Of a stretch of 64,000 bases of DNA, positions 45,163-56,199 are shown piece by piece (positions within the stretch are counted from its first letter, which is position 1; every line of letters begins with the position of its first letter). This DNA comes from Paludibacteraceae bacterium. Its GTDB lineage: Bacteria > Bacteroidota > Bacteroidia > Bacteroidales > Paludibacteraceae. The stretch lies in the NCBI GenBank assembly GCA_017457295.1, contig JAFTHS010000040.1, forward strand, positions 25,786 through 89,785, written 5' to 3'. A program made the translations under genes and the position numbers. The notes below the pieces were generated by a model. It worked only from the letters and a program-made list of their open reading frames with translations, was not told the origin of the DNA and ran no database searches.

Positions 45163-46040
45163 TTGAACGCGAATATCATACCTACCTAAAATTGGAGCGA
45201 GGACTGAGTAGCCACTCCATAGATGCCTACGAACGTGATTTACATCGTTTGAAAATGTATATGGGCAAGCATGGTATAGACATCGTTCATGCCACGTTTG
45301 ATGATTTGCAGGCCTTTGTGTTTGATGTTTTCAAAGAAATTGATAGCGCAAAAACACAAGCACGACTTTTATCGGGTATCCATTCGTTCTACCGTTTTTT
45401 GCTATATCACCATTACATTGAGCAAGACCCATCCGAATTGCTAGAGATGCCACGCATTGAGAAGAAGTTACCAGAAGTACTCTCTTTAGAAGAAATTGAT
45501 GCTATGATTGCACAAATTGACATGTCTAAGGCGGAAGGGCACCGTAATCGTGCTATCATTGAGATGCTCTATGGTAGTGGTTTACGTGTGAGCGAGTTGG
45601 TAGATCTTAGATTAAGCAATATCTATCGTCAAGAAGGATACATGCGCATATTGGGCAAAGGAAACAAACAACGCCTAGTTCCTATCTCTCCAGAAGCAGA
45701 TAAGCAGTTAGAATATTGGTTGGAAGATCGATGCCATTTAGATATCAAGCCAGAAGCTAAAGATATAGCTTTTCTCAACCACTATGGTCGCCAACTTACA
45801 CGTGCTATGATTTTCACTATCGTTAAGCGACTAGCTCAGTTAGCAGGTATCACCAAAACCATATCTCCACACACATTGCGCCATTCGTTTGCTACACATT
45901 TGCTGCAAAATGGAGCCGATTTACGTATTATTCAGCAGTTATTGGGACATGAATCTATTGTCACGACAGAGATTTACACACATGTAGATATCCACGATTT
46001 GCGTGAAGCTGTAATCAAATATCACCCAGAAAATAGATGA
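45159..46040 (+). CDS. xerD: Site-specific tyrosine recombinase XerD
   Basis: MIEREYHTYLKLERGLSSHSIDAYERDL; catalytic RHSFATHLL…LLGHESIVTTEIYTHV. Confidence 0.88.
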   Translation: MIEREYHTYLKLERGLSSHSIDAYERDLHRLKMYMGKHGIDIVHATFDDLQAFVFDVFKEIDSAKTQARLLSGIHSFYRFLLYHHYIEQDPSELLEMPRIEKKLPEVLSLEEIDAMIAQIDMSKAEGHRNRAIIEMLYGSGLRVSELVDLRLSNIYRQEGYMRILGKGNKQRLVPISPEADKQLEYWLEDRCHLDIKPEAKDIAFLNHYGRQLTRAMIFTIVKRLAQLAGITKTISPHTLRHSFATHLLQNGADLRIIQQLLGHESIVTTEIYTHVDIHDLREAVIKYHPENR

Positions 46041-48457
46041 AACGCCTCTGCCACATATTGATTGCATTGCTATGTCCGTTGTGCATCTTCTCACAATTGG
46101 CAGAAACCATTATTGTGGGCGAGATCTATGACCACCTTTCTGGCGAACCATTGCCGAATGTGAATGTGGTACTGCAAGGCACTTCCTATGGTACTACATC
46201 TTCTCCAGAAGGTTTATTCCTATTGCGCTGCAATATTGATAAGCCCCGTCAGATGGTAGTATCGGCTATTGGTTACCACACACAACGTTTTCGTATTGAG
46301 CCTGGTATGCAAGTAGGCATAGATATTGAGATGCAAGAAAAAGTGAATTCACTCAACGAAGTATTTGTAGTACCAGGTGCCAATCCTGCATTGCCGTTAA
46401 TGGAACAGGTACGCAAACATCGTCAGTATAATTCGCAACTACTTGTTCAAGCCACCGACCATAGCAAGCAAAACGTACAAACAGCATTGTTTGTATCAGA
46501 CATACAAGCCAAACATTTGCGTAGGACATTGTGGAAAAACTTGCAACACGGCATGATTCAACAAGGCGATTCTACCTACCTTATTCCGCTCTATTGGCGT
46601 CACCAACAACCCGATACAATCTGCGAACAAGCTATGTTGCTTACCTCCACAGAGTATCAGATGCTACTTGCGCAAATGCCTACAACCTATGATTTCTACG
46701 ATAACAATTTACCTATCTTATCTATGTCGATGCTCAGTCCTTTGGCAACATCGGGCAACACCTACTATAACTACTATTTGGCTGACAGCACCTACGTGGG
46801 TAATGAGAAACATTATACCATACATTTTCGAACAAAAAACACTTTCTACGCCACATTCAATGGTGAGCTGATTATCGACTCTGCCACGTACGCATTGCGC
46901 AGTATTTCCGCCACGGTGCCTGTGCAAACCAATATCAATTATCTCAAGCAACTGACTATCAAACAATCGTTCGCGCCAAACAATGCTCTGCTACAAGAGA
47001 ACCTATCCATGTTGCTTGACTTTGCAATAAAGTCCGATACTAGTCATATTTTCCCTACTCTGCTCATCACTCGTGCCACACAATATCCGTTATCCGATAA
47101 CCTCTATCCGCTAACCAATAGCAGATATCCGATAATCGATACACTATCCACTACACCCGATATTGCCGAACCTATCCACATGCAGATTACCCAAAGCATA
47201 GACTCTTTGCGCCAAACACCACTATTCAAAGTAGCAGAGTTTGTAGCATACATTTTGCAAACAGGCAACATACCCACTAGCAAATATGTGGAAGTTGGAC
47301 CAGTCAACAAACTACTTGACATTAACCGCTATGCAGGAGTGCAAGTGGGCATACCACTGAGCACTACCCCAGCACTATGGAAGAACGTAGCGATGAATGG
47401 TTATGTTTCCTACGGTACCAAAGATCGGGCATGGAAAGGCATGGGGCAAATCGAAGTGGCATTGCCAAGTGTCAAGCGGCACATCTTCCGTATCCGCTAT
47501 AGCGACGATTATATCTTCTCTGATGTCAATGATTTTCAAGAATATATTCGTGAGAACAACATCTTCGACCCTCAGATTAATCTTATCACACGCATCATGC
47601 GTGCAGCACCGTTCAACGAAGATTACTACTACAACACCATCACTCGTCGTCGCGAGGGAAGAGTGCATTTCGAGAACGAGTGGCACAAGAATATAGAAAC
47701 ACAGGGCTATATCAAAGTTGGCAGATTGGGCTATGGAGAAGTCAGCAGCGACTACGATGCACAGCCATCATTTTTCTACTCCACTCTGGGGGCTTCCGTA
47801 CGCTTGAGTTATGACGAACGTGTAGTAGATTCCTATTTCCATCGTCGCCATATCTATAACCATTTGCCTGTGCTATACTTAGGTGCAGAGTTGGGTAGCT
47901 ATACTCTGCATTCTAATCCTTCCACTGAAGGGGCATACCACATGTACGGAAACATCCAACTCATGTTGCGTCACAACATCGATATGGGTATGGCGGGACA
48001 CTTGCACTACTTGCTGCAAGCAGGAATGATTTTTGGGCGTGTGCCTTATCCATTGCTACACATTTTCACTTCTAACCAGACGCACACCTTCGATATCCAT
48101 CGGTTCTCGTTGATGAACAACTATCAGTATGGTGCAGATCAATATGTGTCGATGCAAGCTCATTGGAATGGCAAGGGATTGTTGTTCAATCTCATTCCCG
48201 GAGTTCGATATCTGCACTTACGCGAACTATTAGAGCTGAAGGTCGCGTGGGGAGGTTTGCGTCAGAACCATCAGTCGGTTTTGCCTTTCCCCACTGGCCA
48301 TTTGTCGTCATTGCAAATACCTTATGTAGAGGCAGGCGTGGGTATCGGAAATATCCTACGAGTTGGAGAAGTATATGGTGTATTCCGCCTAACCCATTTG
48401 CAAGACAACACATGCCCATGGTGGGCACTCCGTTTCCGATTTACTATAGGAATGTAA
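46037..48457 (+). CDS. CarboxypepD_reg-like domain protein (DUF5686-like large outer-membrane-associated protein)
   Basis: Signal peptide; N-terminal IIVGEIYDHLSGEPLPNVNVVLQGTSYGTTSSPEGLFLL; 806 aa with aromatic-rich beta segments toward the C-terminus. Confidence 0.6.
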   Translation: MKRLCHILIALLCPLCIFSQLAETIIVGEIYDHLSGEPLPNVNVVLQGTSYGTTSSPEGLFLLRCNIDKPRQMVVSAIGYHTQRFRIEPGMQVGIDIEMQEKVNSLNEVFVVPGANPALPLMEQVRKHRQYNSQLLVQATDHSKQNVQTALFVSDIQAKHLRRTLWKNLQHGMIQQGDSTYLIPLYWRHQQPDTICEQAMLLTSTEYQMLLAQMPTTYDFYDNNLPILSMSMLSPLATSGNTYYNYYLADSTYVGNEKHYTIHFRTKNTFYATFNGELIIDSATYALRSISATVPVQTNINYLKQLTIKQSFAPNNALLQENLSMLLDFAIKSDTSHIFPTLLITRATQYPLSDNLYPLTNSRYPIIDTLSTTPDIAEPIHMQITQSIDSLRQTPLFKVAEFVAYILQTGNIPTSKYVEVGPVNKLLDINRYAGVQVGIPLSTTPALWKNVAMNGYVSYGTKDRAWKGMGQIEVALPSVKRHIFRIRYSDDYIFSDVNDFQEYIRENNIFDPQINLITRIMRAAPFNEDYYYNTITRRREGRVHFENEWHKNIETQGYIKVGRLGYGEVSSDYDAQPSFFYSTLGASVRLSYDERVVDSYFHRRHIYNHLPVLYLGAELGSYTLHSNPSTEGAYHMYGNIQLMLRHNIDMGMAGHLHYLLQAGMIFGRVPYPLLHIFTSNQTHTFDIHRFSLMNNYQYGADQYVSMQAHWNGKGLLFNLIPGVRYLHLRELLELKVAWGGLRQNHQSVLPFPTGHLSSLQIPYVEAGVGIGNILRVGEVYGVFRLTHLQDNTCPWWALRFRFTIGM

Positions 48458-48490
48458 ATAACTAATATGATAAATTAATATTATAGGGTA

Positions 48491-49066
48491 ATGAGTGATA
48501 ACAACGAAGACATACGCATAGAATATTGCGAAGGTTCGCGTCGAAGTATTCAGCAGGTGCTAGACGCTTGCCGAGAGGAACGCCGTCCATATGTGCTAAT
48601 CAAGAAGGATTTAAAAGAACACTCAAAATTAGCTACAATCCTCGTCCCTATCACGATGCTTGAGGAGGAAGTATATAAGGCAGAGATATGCACCTATCTG
48701 GCTAGAAAGACAGGTGCACACATTATTCTGCTACGGGCCAATGACTATGGTAGCAAGGCCAAACGCAACACTCAACGGATCATCACACACATTCGCACTA
48801 TTTGTGAACGAACAGGAAATAAAATCACTTACGAAGAACAAGTAGCCAAAGGCGACAGTTTTCATATCCACAAAGAACTTGCCTCCATATCCTACAATCT
48901 TCAAGAGAAAGATAAAGGAGGCATCTTGATACTCCTCACTGCTAGCCGAGAATATGGGCTAGATGATTGGCTTTTTGGTCCGCCTGAACAATATGTAATC
49001 CGCCACAGTTCTGTGCCCGTGATGTTGGTTAACCCACGATCCGACCTTTTCTCGCTCTGCGATTAA
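48491..49066 (+). CDS. Universal stress protein-like (divergent)
   Basis: 191 aa. C-terminal …EQYVIRHSSVPVMLVNP resembles the USP ATP-binding end. Weak call. Confidence 0.4.
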   Translation: MSDNNEDIRIEYCEGSRRSIQQVLDACREERRPYVLIKKDLKEHSKLATILVPITMLEEEVYKAEICTYLARKTGAHIILLRANDYGSKAKRNTQRIITHIRTICERTGNKITYEEQVAKGDSFHIHKELASISYNLQEKDKGGILILLTASREYGLDDWLFGPPEQYVIRHSSVPVMLVNPRSDLFSLCD

Positions 49067-49084
49067 GAATGTAGGCCGATTATA

Positions 49085-50275
49085 TCACTTTCTAGGAGCA
49101 GATACGTAGGTTGGATAGAATACTTGCTTCAAGCTATCTGCTACGTTGTGATGATTCTTGAGCAACACATTTGCAGGGAAATAACACTCGCCCGTGATGC
49201 CCTCAATGGTGCGATTGAGGCGAAGTTGGCGGCAAATCTCATTGCCCTCGTTCCAAGCAGCAGCTGCTTTAGGATTGCCCAAGTGGTATGGAGCCATACC
49301 TATATATACACGGCACTTATCGGTAGCATGTTGAGCCCACCAATGAGCCAAAATCTCGTAGTCTGCCACCTTCTTGCCAATCTCCCAATATAGTTGAGGT
49401 ACAACATAGTCAATCCACCCCTTCTCCATCCAAAGGAGAATATCGGCATAGAGTTGATCATAGTTTTGCAAGCCATTGGTCTCACTACCACGTGGGTCAT
49501 TCACTTTGTTGCGCCAAATGCCAAATGGAGAGATGCCAAACTGAACATGAGGCTTGATACTATTGATGGTGTTATGAACTTGCTCTATTGCTAAATTCAC
49601 GTTGTCGCGACGCCAATCACCAATATTATCAAACCCACGAGAATCCTTTGCATATGCCTCTGCATCAGGGAAGTCTTGTCCCGATACTGGATAAGGATAG
49701 AAATAGTCATCCATATGAATAGCTTGAATATCATAGCGAGTAACCAAATCGGCTACTACAGCACAAAGGAAGTCGCGAGTCTCTTGTAGATGAGGAGCAA
49801 AATACCATTGTGTGCCGTACTTAAGAAACCATTCGGGATGCTTGTGATAAATGTGATTTGAAGCAAGATCTTCAATCTTGCTACCGCCACCAGTCACACG
49901 ATAAGGGTTGATCCATACATGTACATCGATGCCGCGCTTGTGTGCTTCTTGACAAACGAACTCTAAAGGATCATAAGTAGCTGCCTCTCCTTGCTTGCCA
50001 GTGAGCCAAGCGCTCCATGGTTCTAGTTCAGAAGCATATAGTGCATCAGCAGTAGGACGCACTTGGAATACGATAGCATTGAGGTGCATTGCTTGGAATG
50101 AATCCAACATAGCCACCATATCCTGCTTTTGTTGATCATAATTACCAATAGCCGCCTTAGTAGGAAAATCAATATTGGCTACTGTGCTTACCCATGTAGC
50201 ACGAAAATAAGGCTGTCCTGCAAACATCATAGTTGCCAACGCAGCCAATAGAATAGTAAGAATTGGTCTTTTCAT
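49085..50275 (-). CDS. Glycoside hydrolase-like family 10 (GHL10/DUF187) protein
   Basis: Signal peptide; YFRATWVSTVANIDFP, VHVWINPYRV, WIDYVVPQLYW. Confidence 0.75.
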   Translation of the reverse strand: MKRPILTILLAALATMMFAGQPYFRATWVSTVANIDFPTKAAIGNYDQQKQDMVAMLDSFQAMHLNAIVFQVRPTADALYASELEPWSAWLTGKQGEAATYDPLEFVCQEAHKRGIDVHVWINPYRVTGGGSKIEDLASNHIYHKHPEWFLKYGTQWYFAPHLQETRDFLCAVVADLVTRYDIQAIHMDDYFYPYPVSGQDFPDAEAYAKDSRGFDNIGDWRRDNVNLAIEQVHNTINSIKPHVQFGISPFGIWRNKVNDPRGSETNGLQNYDQLYADILLWMEKGWIDYVVPQLYWEIGKKVADYEILAHWWAQHATDKCRVYIGMAPYHLGNPKAAAAWNEGNEICRQLRLNRTIEGITGECYFPANVLLKNHHNVADSLKQVFYPTYVSAPRK

Positions 50276-50319
50276 GGAATTGTAATTTATTGTTATTTAG
50301 TATTTCACCATTCACTTCA

Positions 50320-51135
50320 CTAATATGCCTCTGAAGAATTGGGGAAAGAAGATTGCTTCACGGCCTGTACATACTGTCCTACTGCTCCCTTAACCGCATC
50401 TCCTAACTCAGCAAAATGACGCAAGAACTTAGGTTTGAAGCCTTGATTTAGCCCAAGCATATCATGAAGTACTAGCACTTGACCATCGGTCATATTCCCC
50501 GCACCAATACCAATGGTAGGACATGACACCAACTTGGTAACATCTTCTGCCAGATGTGCAGGAATCTTCTCCAGCACGATAGCGAAGCACCCTGCACCAT
50601 CCAAAAGTTGCGCATCACGAAGCAGTTTATCAGCTTCTACTGCCTCCTTGGCACGTAGGCCATAACCACCCAACTGATTCACGCTTTGAGGGGTAAGACC
50701 AAGGTGGCCCATCACAGGAATACCCGCTCTTACCAGGTGGCGAATAACGGGCAAGATCTCCTCGCCACCTTCCAACTTGAGCGCATCTGCCCCCGACTCC
50801 TTCATCATACGGACTGCATTACGCACAGCATCTTCCTCACTCACTTGATAACTACCAAAAGGCATATCCAAGACTACCAGACAATGTTTCGCTGCACGTA
50901 CCACACCGCGAGCTAGGAAAATCATTTCATCCACCGTGATGGGTAAAGTATAAGAATTGCCACAAACAACGTTGGACGCACTATCACCCACGAGAATCAT
51001 ATCAATGCCAGCCTCATCCAACAAAGTAGTAAGTGTAAAATCATAACTGGTGAGCATGGCTATCTTTTCGCCCTGCTGCTTCATCTGACGCAAACGCGTG
51101 GTCGTCATACGAGTATTTTGAACATGAACAGACAT
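50320..51135 (-). CDS. panB: 3-methyl-2-oxobutanoate hydroxymethyltransferase
   Basis: KIAMLTSYDF, ILVGDSASNVV, DMPFGSYQ, LKLEGG. Confidence 0.93.
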   Translation of the reverse strand: MSVHVQNTRMTTTRLRQMKQQGEKIAMLTSYDFTLTTLLDEAGIDMILVGDSASNVVCGNSYTLPITVDEMIFLARGVVRAAKHCLVVLDMPFGSYQVSEEDAVRNAVRMMKESGADALKLEGGEEILPVIRHLVRAGIPVMGHLGLTPQSVNQLGGYGLRAKEAVEADKLLRDAQLLDGAGCFAIVLEKIPAHLAEDVTKLVSCPTIGIGAGNMTDGQVLVLHDMLGLNQGFKPKFLRHFAELGDAVKGAVGQYVQAVKQSSFPNSSEAY

Positions 51136-51187
51136 AATAATCGATGATTTTTACTTTTTATAGTTTACAAATTAGTGTGTAAAATTA

Positions 51188-52090
51188 CTAATTAAGATCG
51201 TACCCATAGTGGCGAAGGCGCATTTGCGATGATCGCCAGTCTTTGTCCACCTTGACAAAGAGCTGCAGGAATACAGGTTTGCCAAAGAATGCCTCTATTT
51301 CGCGGCGTGCTTGTGTTCCTACTCGCTTCAGTGCTTTGCCGCCTTTACCGATGATAATACCCTTTTGACTATCACGCTCCACATAGATGACCGCACCAAT
51401 GCGGATGATGCCCTCTGGGTGTTGTTCGTCGGGCTCCTCGTCCAAAAATGACTCAACCTCCACCTCTACGCTATAAGGAATCTCCTTGTCGTAGTTGAGC
51501 AGAATCTTCTCGCGAATCATCTCATCCACAAAGAAACGCGATGACTTGTCGGTCAATTGGTCTTTGGGGAAGAATGGCGGACATTCAGGTAGTGCCTCAC
51601 GGATAGCGGCGAAGAGTTGGTCGGTGCCAAACTTCTGCTGTGCGGAGATAGGGAACACCGTTGCCTCAGGCAATACGCGATGCCAGTACTCCACTAGTTG
51701 CTCCAGTGTTTCTTGCGTAGTAAGGTCTATCTTATTGATAATCAAGAATACTTTTGCCTTGATGCGCTTCACTTTGTCAAGGAAGTCGGCATTCTTATCG
51801 GGGTTGTCTTGTACGTCTGTCACATAGAGTAGCACATCCGCATCCACCAATGCCGAGCGCGAGAACTCCAACATCTGCTCTTGCAGTTTGTAATTGGGTT
51901 GTAGCACACCTGGCGTGTCGCTATATACCATTTGAAAGTCATCGCCATTGACGATACCCATGATACGATGGCGAGTGGTTTGCGCCTTCGATGTGATAAT
52001 CGACAGGCGCTCACCCACCAATACGTTCATCAGTGTGGATTTACCCACATTGGGATTACCTACTATATTTACAAAACCTGATTTGTGCAT
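51188..52090 (-). CDS. era: GTPase Era
   Basis: G1 GNPNVGKST, G3 DTPG, NKID, C-terminal KH domain. Confidence 0.95.
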   Translation of the reverse strand: MHKSGFVNIVGNPNVGKSTLMNVLVGERLSIITSKAQTTRHRIMGIVNGDDFQMVYSDTPGVLQPNYKLQEQMLEFSRSALVDADVLLYVTDVQDNPDKNADFLDKVKRIKAKVFLIINKIDLTTQETLEQLVEYWHRVLPEATVFPISAQQKFGTDQLFAAIREALPECPPFFPKDQLTDKSSRFFVDEMIREKILLNYDKEIPYSVEVEVESFLDEEPDEQHPEGIIRIGAVIYVERDSQKGIIIGKGGKALKRVGTQARREIEAFFGKPVFLQLFVKVDKDWRSSQMRLRHYGYDLN

Positions 52091-52094
52091 TTAC

Positions 52095-54992
52095 TTAATA
52101 ACTGAATAAGCGTGATTTAGAGAGTTTGGTAATCTTGCCATACTTGGCTTTGATTTGCTTTTGGTCAATGAGTTTAGGGTCACCCATGATGAGAATAGTG
52201 ATAGGTTTGTCTTTTACTCGTTGCTCATAGAAAGATAGCACATTATCAAAAGTCAAGCGTTGAATATCACGCACTTGCAGCATGGCAGGGTCCACCTTGT
52301 AACCCAAGAGCATATTGGCTGTCAGGCGTTGACTCTTGCTGCGGAAAGTAGGCTTGTTGGACAATACCGATTGACGTAAGACGGTGCGGATATTCTCCAT
52401 TGTTTCAGGATACTGTGGCATAGAATCCAAGAGGCTCATATACACGTCTATTGCATCAGCTACCTTGTCGGATTGTGTACCCACATAGCCCGTGAACTTG
52501 GTCAGTTGTCCTTGTTTTGGAGCGCGTGAGAAATAGCCATATGCGGTGTATGCCATAGAGCGTTTTTCGCGTATCTCGTTCATCACAAGACCAGAGAAAC
52601 CGCCACCAAAGTACTCGTTGAATGCCATATAATTTACTGCTTCCTTCACGTTGTATGGTTCGCCATCAATGAGGAAATACACTTTGGCTTGTTGCATACT
52701 TGCATCAGGGAGGAAGTATATCTTATTCTCCGTGATAGGCACAACAGGACGCTCCACAGGTGATTTGGTTGGGCGCACATGCTGATTGAGTGAGAGTTTG
52801 GTATAGAGGATATTCTTCACATCCAATGCTGGCAACGCACCTGCGTAGTGAATCTCCAACTCGTAGTTTTGCACTTGGTGCAACACACCTTCGAGTTGCG
52901 ACGGAGTCATTTGCAGCACCTCTTCCATCAACGCAGGGCGTTTGATATATGGAGAGTTCTCGCCATAACGTACATAGTCGAAAGCCGCATCTGCCACAAT
53001 ATCGGTATTGCGTTCCTCTACTTTGCGCGAAGAATATACTTGACCCTTGATATTGTTGATTAGCATGTCGTTTTCGGATTCGAAGTTAGGGAACATCATG
53101 TGCAGATTGACCATCTCCACAATCTTCTCTAAGTTCTCTTCGTTACCTTCAATATCTACATAGAAATATCCGTCCGATACTGAGTAACTGCATTTGCCGC
53201 CCAACTTAGCGAGGTTAGCGCGGAACTCTGCTGGCTTGATGCCTGGTGTACCCTTGATACCCGACATATTCATCAATGCCGCAGCATACTCTAATAGTGG
53301 CAACTCGTATGTGCCCACACCATATTTCAAACGGAGTGAGAAGATATGGTTCTTGGTGTTTGGTGTGCAATATACGCTCACGCCCTCGTAGAAACGGTCT
53401 TGGTCAATGTCAGAGAAGTCAATGAAAGTAGGTGTAAGTTTGCCCGCAGGAATAGCATCTAAGTATTGGCAATACTCCGACTCGCCCTTTGGCGACTCCA
53501 GTGATTTGATTTTTGGTTTGGGCAGTTTGTCTTTTTTAGGTGTACCCTCCTCAATCTCAAACACTTTCTTTGGAGCACCCAAATACTGCTTTGCTACGCG
53601 CTTGAGGTCGTCCATTGTGATAGCAGCCACCAACTCTTTCTCGCGCAGGATCTCCTCTACCGATTGTTGATAAGTAAAAGCGTTGTAGAGCAGCGATACT
53701 TTCATCTGAGGATACTCCATTGTGCGGTCAAACTCTTGGTAGAAGTTCTGGCGCACCATCTCCACCAACTCGGGGTCAATGTCGCCATCCACCAGTTTCT
53801 GCACCTCTTTCATTACCAATTCCTCCGTTTCTTTGAGCGAAGTATAGGTTTGTGTTTGAGCATCCATGTATGGCACTGCCACCACGAGGAAGCGACCTTG
53901 GTCACGGCGCGTGTCGTTGGCTGCTACGGCATACATGAGTTTATTGTCCAATGTCAGTTGGTCAAGCAAACCAATCTGCATGGAGTTGGAGAGCAAATTA
54001 GCCACGAAATTCAATGTCAGTTCATCTTTATCGCCCACAGCCACACCGTTGTACGCGATATTTAGCTCTGGCATATAGCCCAGTTTAGCAGTATAGCGTT
54101 CATCTTGTGTGAAGGCAGTGGTAGGATACTTTGTGCGCTCAGGCAGAGGGCGCGATTGCAGTTTGCCAAAGGTCTTTTCAATCAATGGTTTGGTAGTCTC
54201 AATCTCAAAATCACCCACCAAGATAAGTGCCATATTGTTAGGCACATACCATGTATTGTAGAAGTCGATGAGTTTGCGCAGTTTAGGATTCTTCAGGTCC
54301 TCTGGATAACCGATGATGTCGCGTGCGTAGGCATGTCCCTCATAGAGTTTGCCGAAAATAAAGTTGCGCACGTGGGTGGAGTTGTCATCAAGGTACATAT
54401 TGTATTCCTCGAACACGTTTTCTAGTTCGGCTTGGAAGCTGCGGAACACAGGATTGGTCAAGCGGTCTGCGTAAAGAGTGAGCCAACGCTCCATCTGATA
54501 AGAAGGGAACGAGTTCATATAGCAGGTCACATCGTAACTGGTAAACGCGTTCAATCCCTCGCCACCAATACCCTGAATCAGGTTGGAGAATTCATCCGTA
54601 GCAGCATATTGCGCAGCTTCGCGCGACACTTCGTTGATGCGCAGTTGCACCGCCTCGCGCGCTTGGTCATCGGTGGTGAGTGCCAGTGTATCGTAGAGGG
54701 CAATGATTTGCTCGTAAAGCGGTTTCTCTTTTGCCCAATCAAGTGCGCCAATGCGGTCGGTACCTTTGAAGAGCATGTGCTCGAGGTAGTGTGCCAGACC
54801 AGTAGCATCAGCAGGCTCATCAATGGAACCCGCGCGGGTGACAGTCCAACCCTGCACATCGGGTTGGTCATGGTCTTCCCACAAGTAAACGGTCAAACCA
54901 TTGTCCAATTGGTACTGTACGAAATCATCATTCTGTGCCCATGCTGCGAATGTGAGGCAGACACAAATCAAACTGACAAAAACTCTTTTCAT
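52095..54992 (-). CDS. M16 family (insulinase/pitrilysin-like) zinc peptidase, double-length
   Basis: Signal peptide; inverted zinc motif HYLEHMLFKG (HxxEH); 965 aa. Confidence 0.85.
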   Translation of the reverse strand: MKRVFVSLICVCLTFAAWAQNDDFVQYQLDNGLTVYLWEDHDQPDVQGWTVTRAGSIDEPADATGLAHYLEHMLFKGTDRIGALDWAKEKPLYEQIIALYDTLALTTDDQAREAVQLRINEVSREAAQYAATDEFSNLIQGIGGEGLNAFTSYDVTCYMNSFPSYQMERWLTLYADRLTNPVFRSFQAELENVFEEYNMYLDDNSTHVRNFIFGKLYEGHAYARDIIGYPEDLKNPKLRKLIDFYNTWYVPNNMALILVGDFEIETTKPLIEKTFGKLQSRPLPERTKYPTTAFTQDERYTAKLGYMPELNIAYNGVAVGDKDELTLNFVANLLSNSMQIGLLDQLTLDNKLMYAVAANDTRRDQGRFLVVAVPYMDAQTQTYTSLKETEELVMKEVQKLVDGDIDPELVEMVRQNFYQEFDRTMEYPQMKVSLLYNAFTYQQSVEEILREKELVAAITMDDLKRVAKQYLGAPKKVFEIEEGTPKKDKLPKPKIKSLESPKGESEYCQYLDAIPAGKLTPTFIDFSDIDQDRFYEGVSVYCTPNTKNHIFSLRLKYGVGTYELPLLEYAAALMNMSGIKGTPGIKPAEFRANLAKLGGKCSYSVSDGYFYVDIEGNEENLEKIVEMVNLHMMFPNFESENDMLINNIKGQVYSSRKVEERNTDIVADAAFDYVRYGENSPYIKRPALMEEVLQMTPSQLEGVLHQVQNYELEIHYAGALPALDVKNILYTKLSLNQHVRPTKSPVERPVVPITENKIYFLPDASMQQAKVYFLIDGEPYNVKEAVNYMAFNEYFGGGFSGLVMNEIREKRSMAYTAYGYFSRAPKQGQLTKFTGYVGTQSDKVADAIDVYMSLLDSMPQYPETMENIRTVLRQSVLSNKPTFRSKSQRLTANMLLGYKVDPAMLQVRDIQRLTFDNVLSFYEQRVKDKPITILIMGDPKLIDQKQIKAKYGKITKLSKSRLFSY

Positions 54993-55109
54993 ATTTTCTC
55001 GCCTTTAAACTTTAATCTCTAAATTTTAAACTCTAAACAGTAGCACCGTACGGGGTCCCCGAAAAATCTGCTGATTTTTGGGGTGTTGTAGGGCGTCCAC
55101 TAAACACAA

Positions 55110-56135
55110 TTACCACTCGAGCAGTACTTTGCCACATTGGCCGCTGACCATGACGTCGAAGCCCTTTTGGAAGTCGTCGAAGTGGAAGCGGTGAGTAATC
55201 ACTGGACTCAAATCCAAACCACCCAACAACATCTGCTCCATCTGATACCATGTCTCCCACATGCGACGGCCAGTGATGCCCTTGATAGTCAAAGCATTGA
55301 AGATGATATCCGACCAATTGACTTGCGTGTTGCTTGGCAAGATACCCAACTGCGCGATATTAGCACCCTTATACATGTGCGCGATCATATCATTAAACGC
55401 TGCTGGTGCACCCGACATCTCCAAACCAATATCGAAGCCGCGTATACCCAATTGCTTCATTGCACCCTCTACGGTCTCGCCCTTCGAGCCATTGACCGTG
55501 ATAGTAGCACCCATCTTCTTGGCAATCTCGAGGCGTTGCTCGTTGAGGTCGGTCACGACAATATTCTTCGCTCCCGCATAGCGGCAGATACCTGCAGCCA
55601 TCGTACCAATCAAGCCCGCACCTGTGATAAGCACATCTTCGCCCAAGAGAGGGAAAGCCAATGCGGTATGCGTAGCATTGCCGAAGGGGTCCATGATAGC
55701 GGCGAAGTCGTCTGGAATCTCAGGGCGAATATGCACGATATTGCTCTCAGGGATAGTCACATACTCTGCGAATGCTCCGTCCTTGCCCATGATACCAACT
55801 GAGATAGTGTTCTCGCACACGTGCCCCATGCCACGACGGCAGTTGCGGCAAGTGCCGCAGACGATATGTCCCTCGGCAGTCACGCGGTCGCCTACTTTCA
55901 CACCACGAACACCTGGTCCGACCTCTACAGCCACGCCCACGAACTCGTGACCCATGATATAGGGCGGTGTGCAATGGCTTTGCGACCATTCGTCCCATTT
56001 ATACATGTGCAGATCCGTACCGCAAATAGCTGCTTTGGTAACCTTGATAAGCACATCATTCACGCCTACTTGAGGCATTGGCACCTCTTCCATCCAGAGC
56101 CCTGGCTCGGCATAACGTTTTACAAGCGCTTTCAT
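55110..56135 (-). CDS. tdh: L-threonine 3-dehydrogenase
   Basis: MKALVKRYAEPGLWMEEVPMP…AICGTDLHMYKWDEWS; Zn-ADH family, close to the E. coli Tdh N-terminus. Confidence 0.92.
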   Translation of the reverse strand: MKALVKRYAEPGLWMEEVPMPQVGVNDVLIKVTKAAICGTDLHMYKWDEWSQSHCTPPYIMGHEFVGVAVEVGPGVRGVKVGDRVTAEGHIVCGTCRNCRRGMGHVCENTISVGIMGKDGAFAEYVTIPESNIVHIRPEIPDDFAAIMDPFGNATHTALAFPLLGEDVLITGAGLIGTMAAGICRYAGAKNIVVTDLNEQRLEIAKKMGATITVNGSKGETVEGAMKQLGIRGFDIGLEMSGAPAAFNDMIAHMYKGANIAQLGILPSNTQVNWSDIIFNALTIKGITGRRMWETWYQMEQMLLGGLDLSPVITHRFHFDDFQKGFDVMVSGQCGKVLLEW

Positions 56136-56199
56136 ATTGTTGTATTGTTCAAAATTGTTCAGTATTGTTCAATGTGATTCACATTTTTCAATTTCGGCG

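Noticed and set aside
45159-46040. The tyrosine recombinase as a marker of an integrated mobile element
   Set aside because: The sequence and length fit housekeeping XerD. It is translationally coupled to flanking conserved genes (ATGA overlaps on both sides). No att-like repeats, excisionase or cargo genes are adjacent.
55058-55084. Hairpin ccccgaaaaatc…gatttttgggg downstream of tdh as a terminator
   Set aside because: The stem is plausible (11 bp with a bulge) but it is not followed by a U-run on the minus strand, so I did not list it as a feature.
54432-55802. Plus-strand ORFs of 196 and 221 aa inside the M16 peptidase and tdh genes
   Set aside because: They are antisense shadows of well-supported minus-strand genes. 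No motifs, and the composition is atypical.
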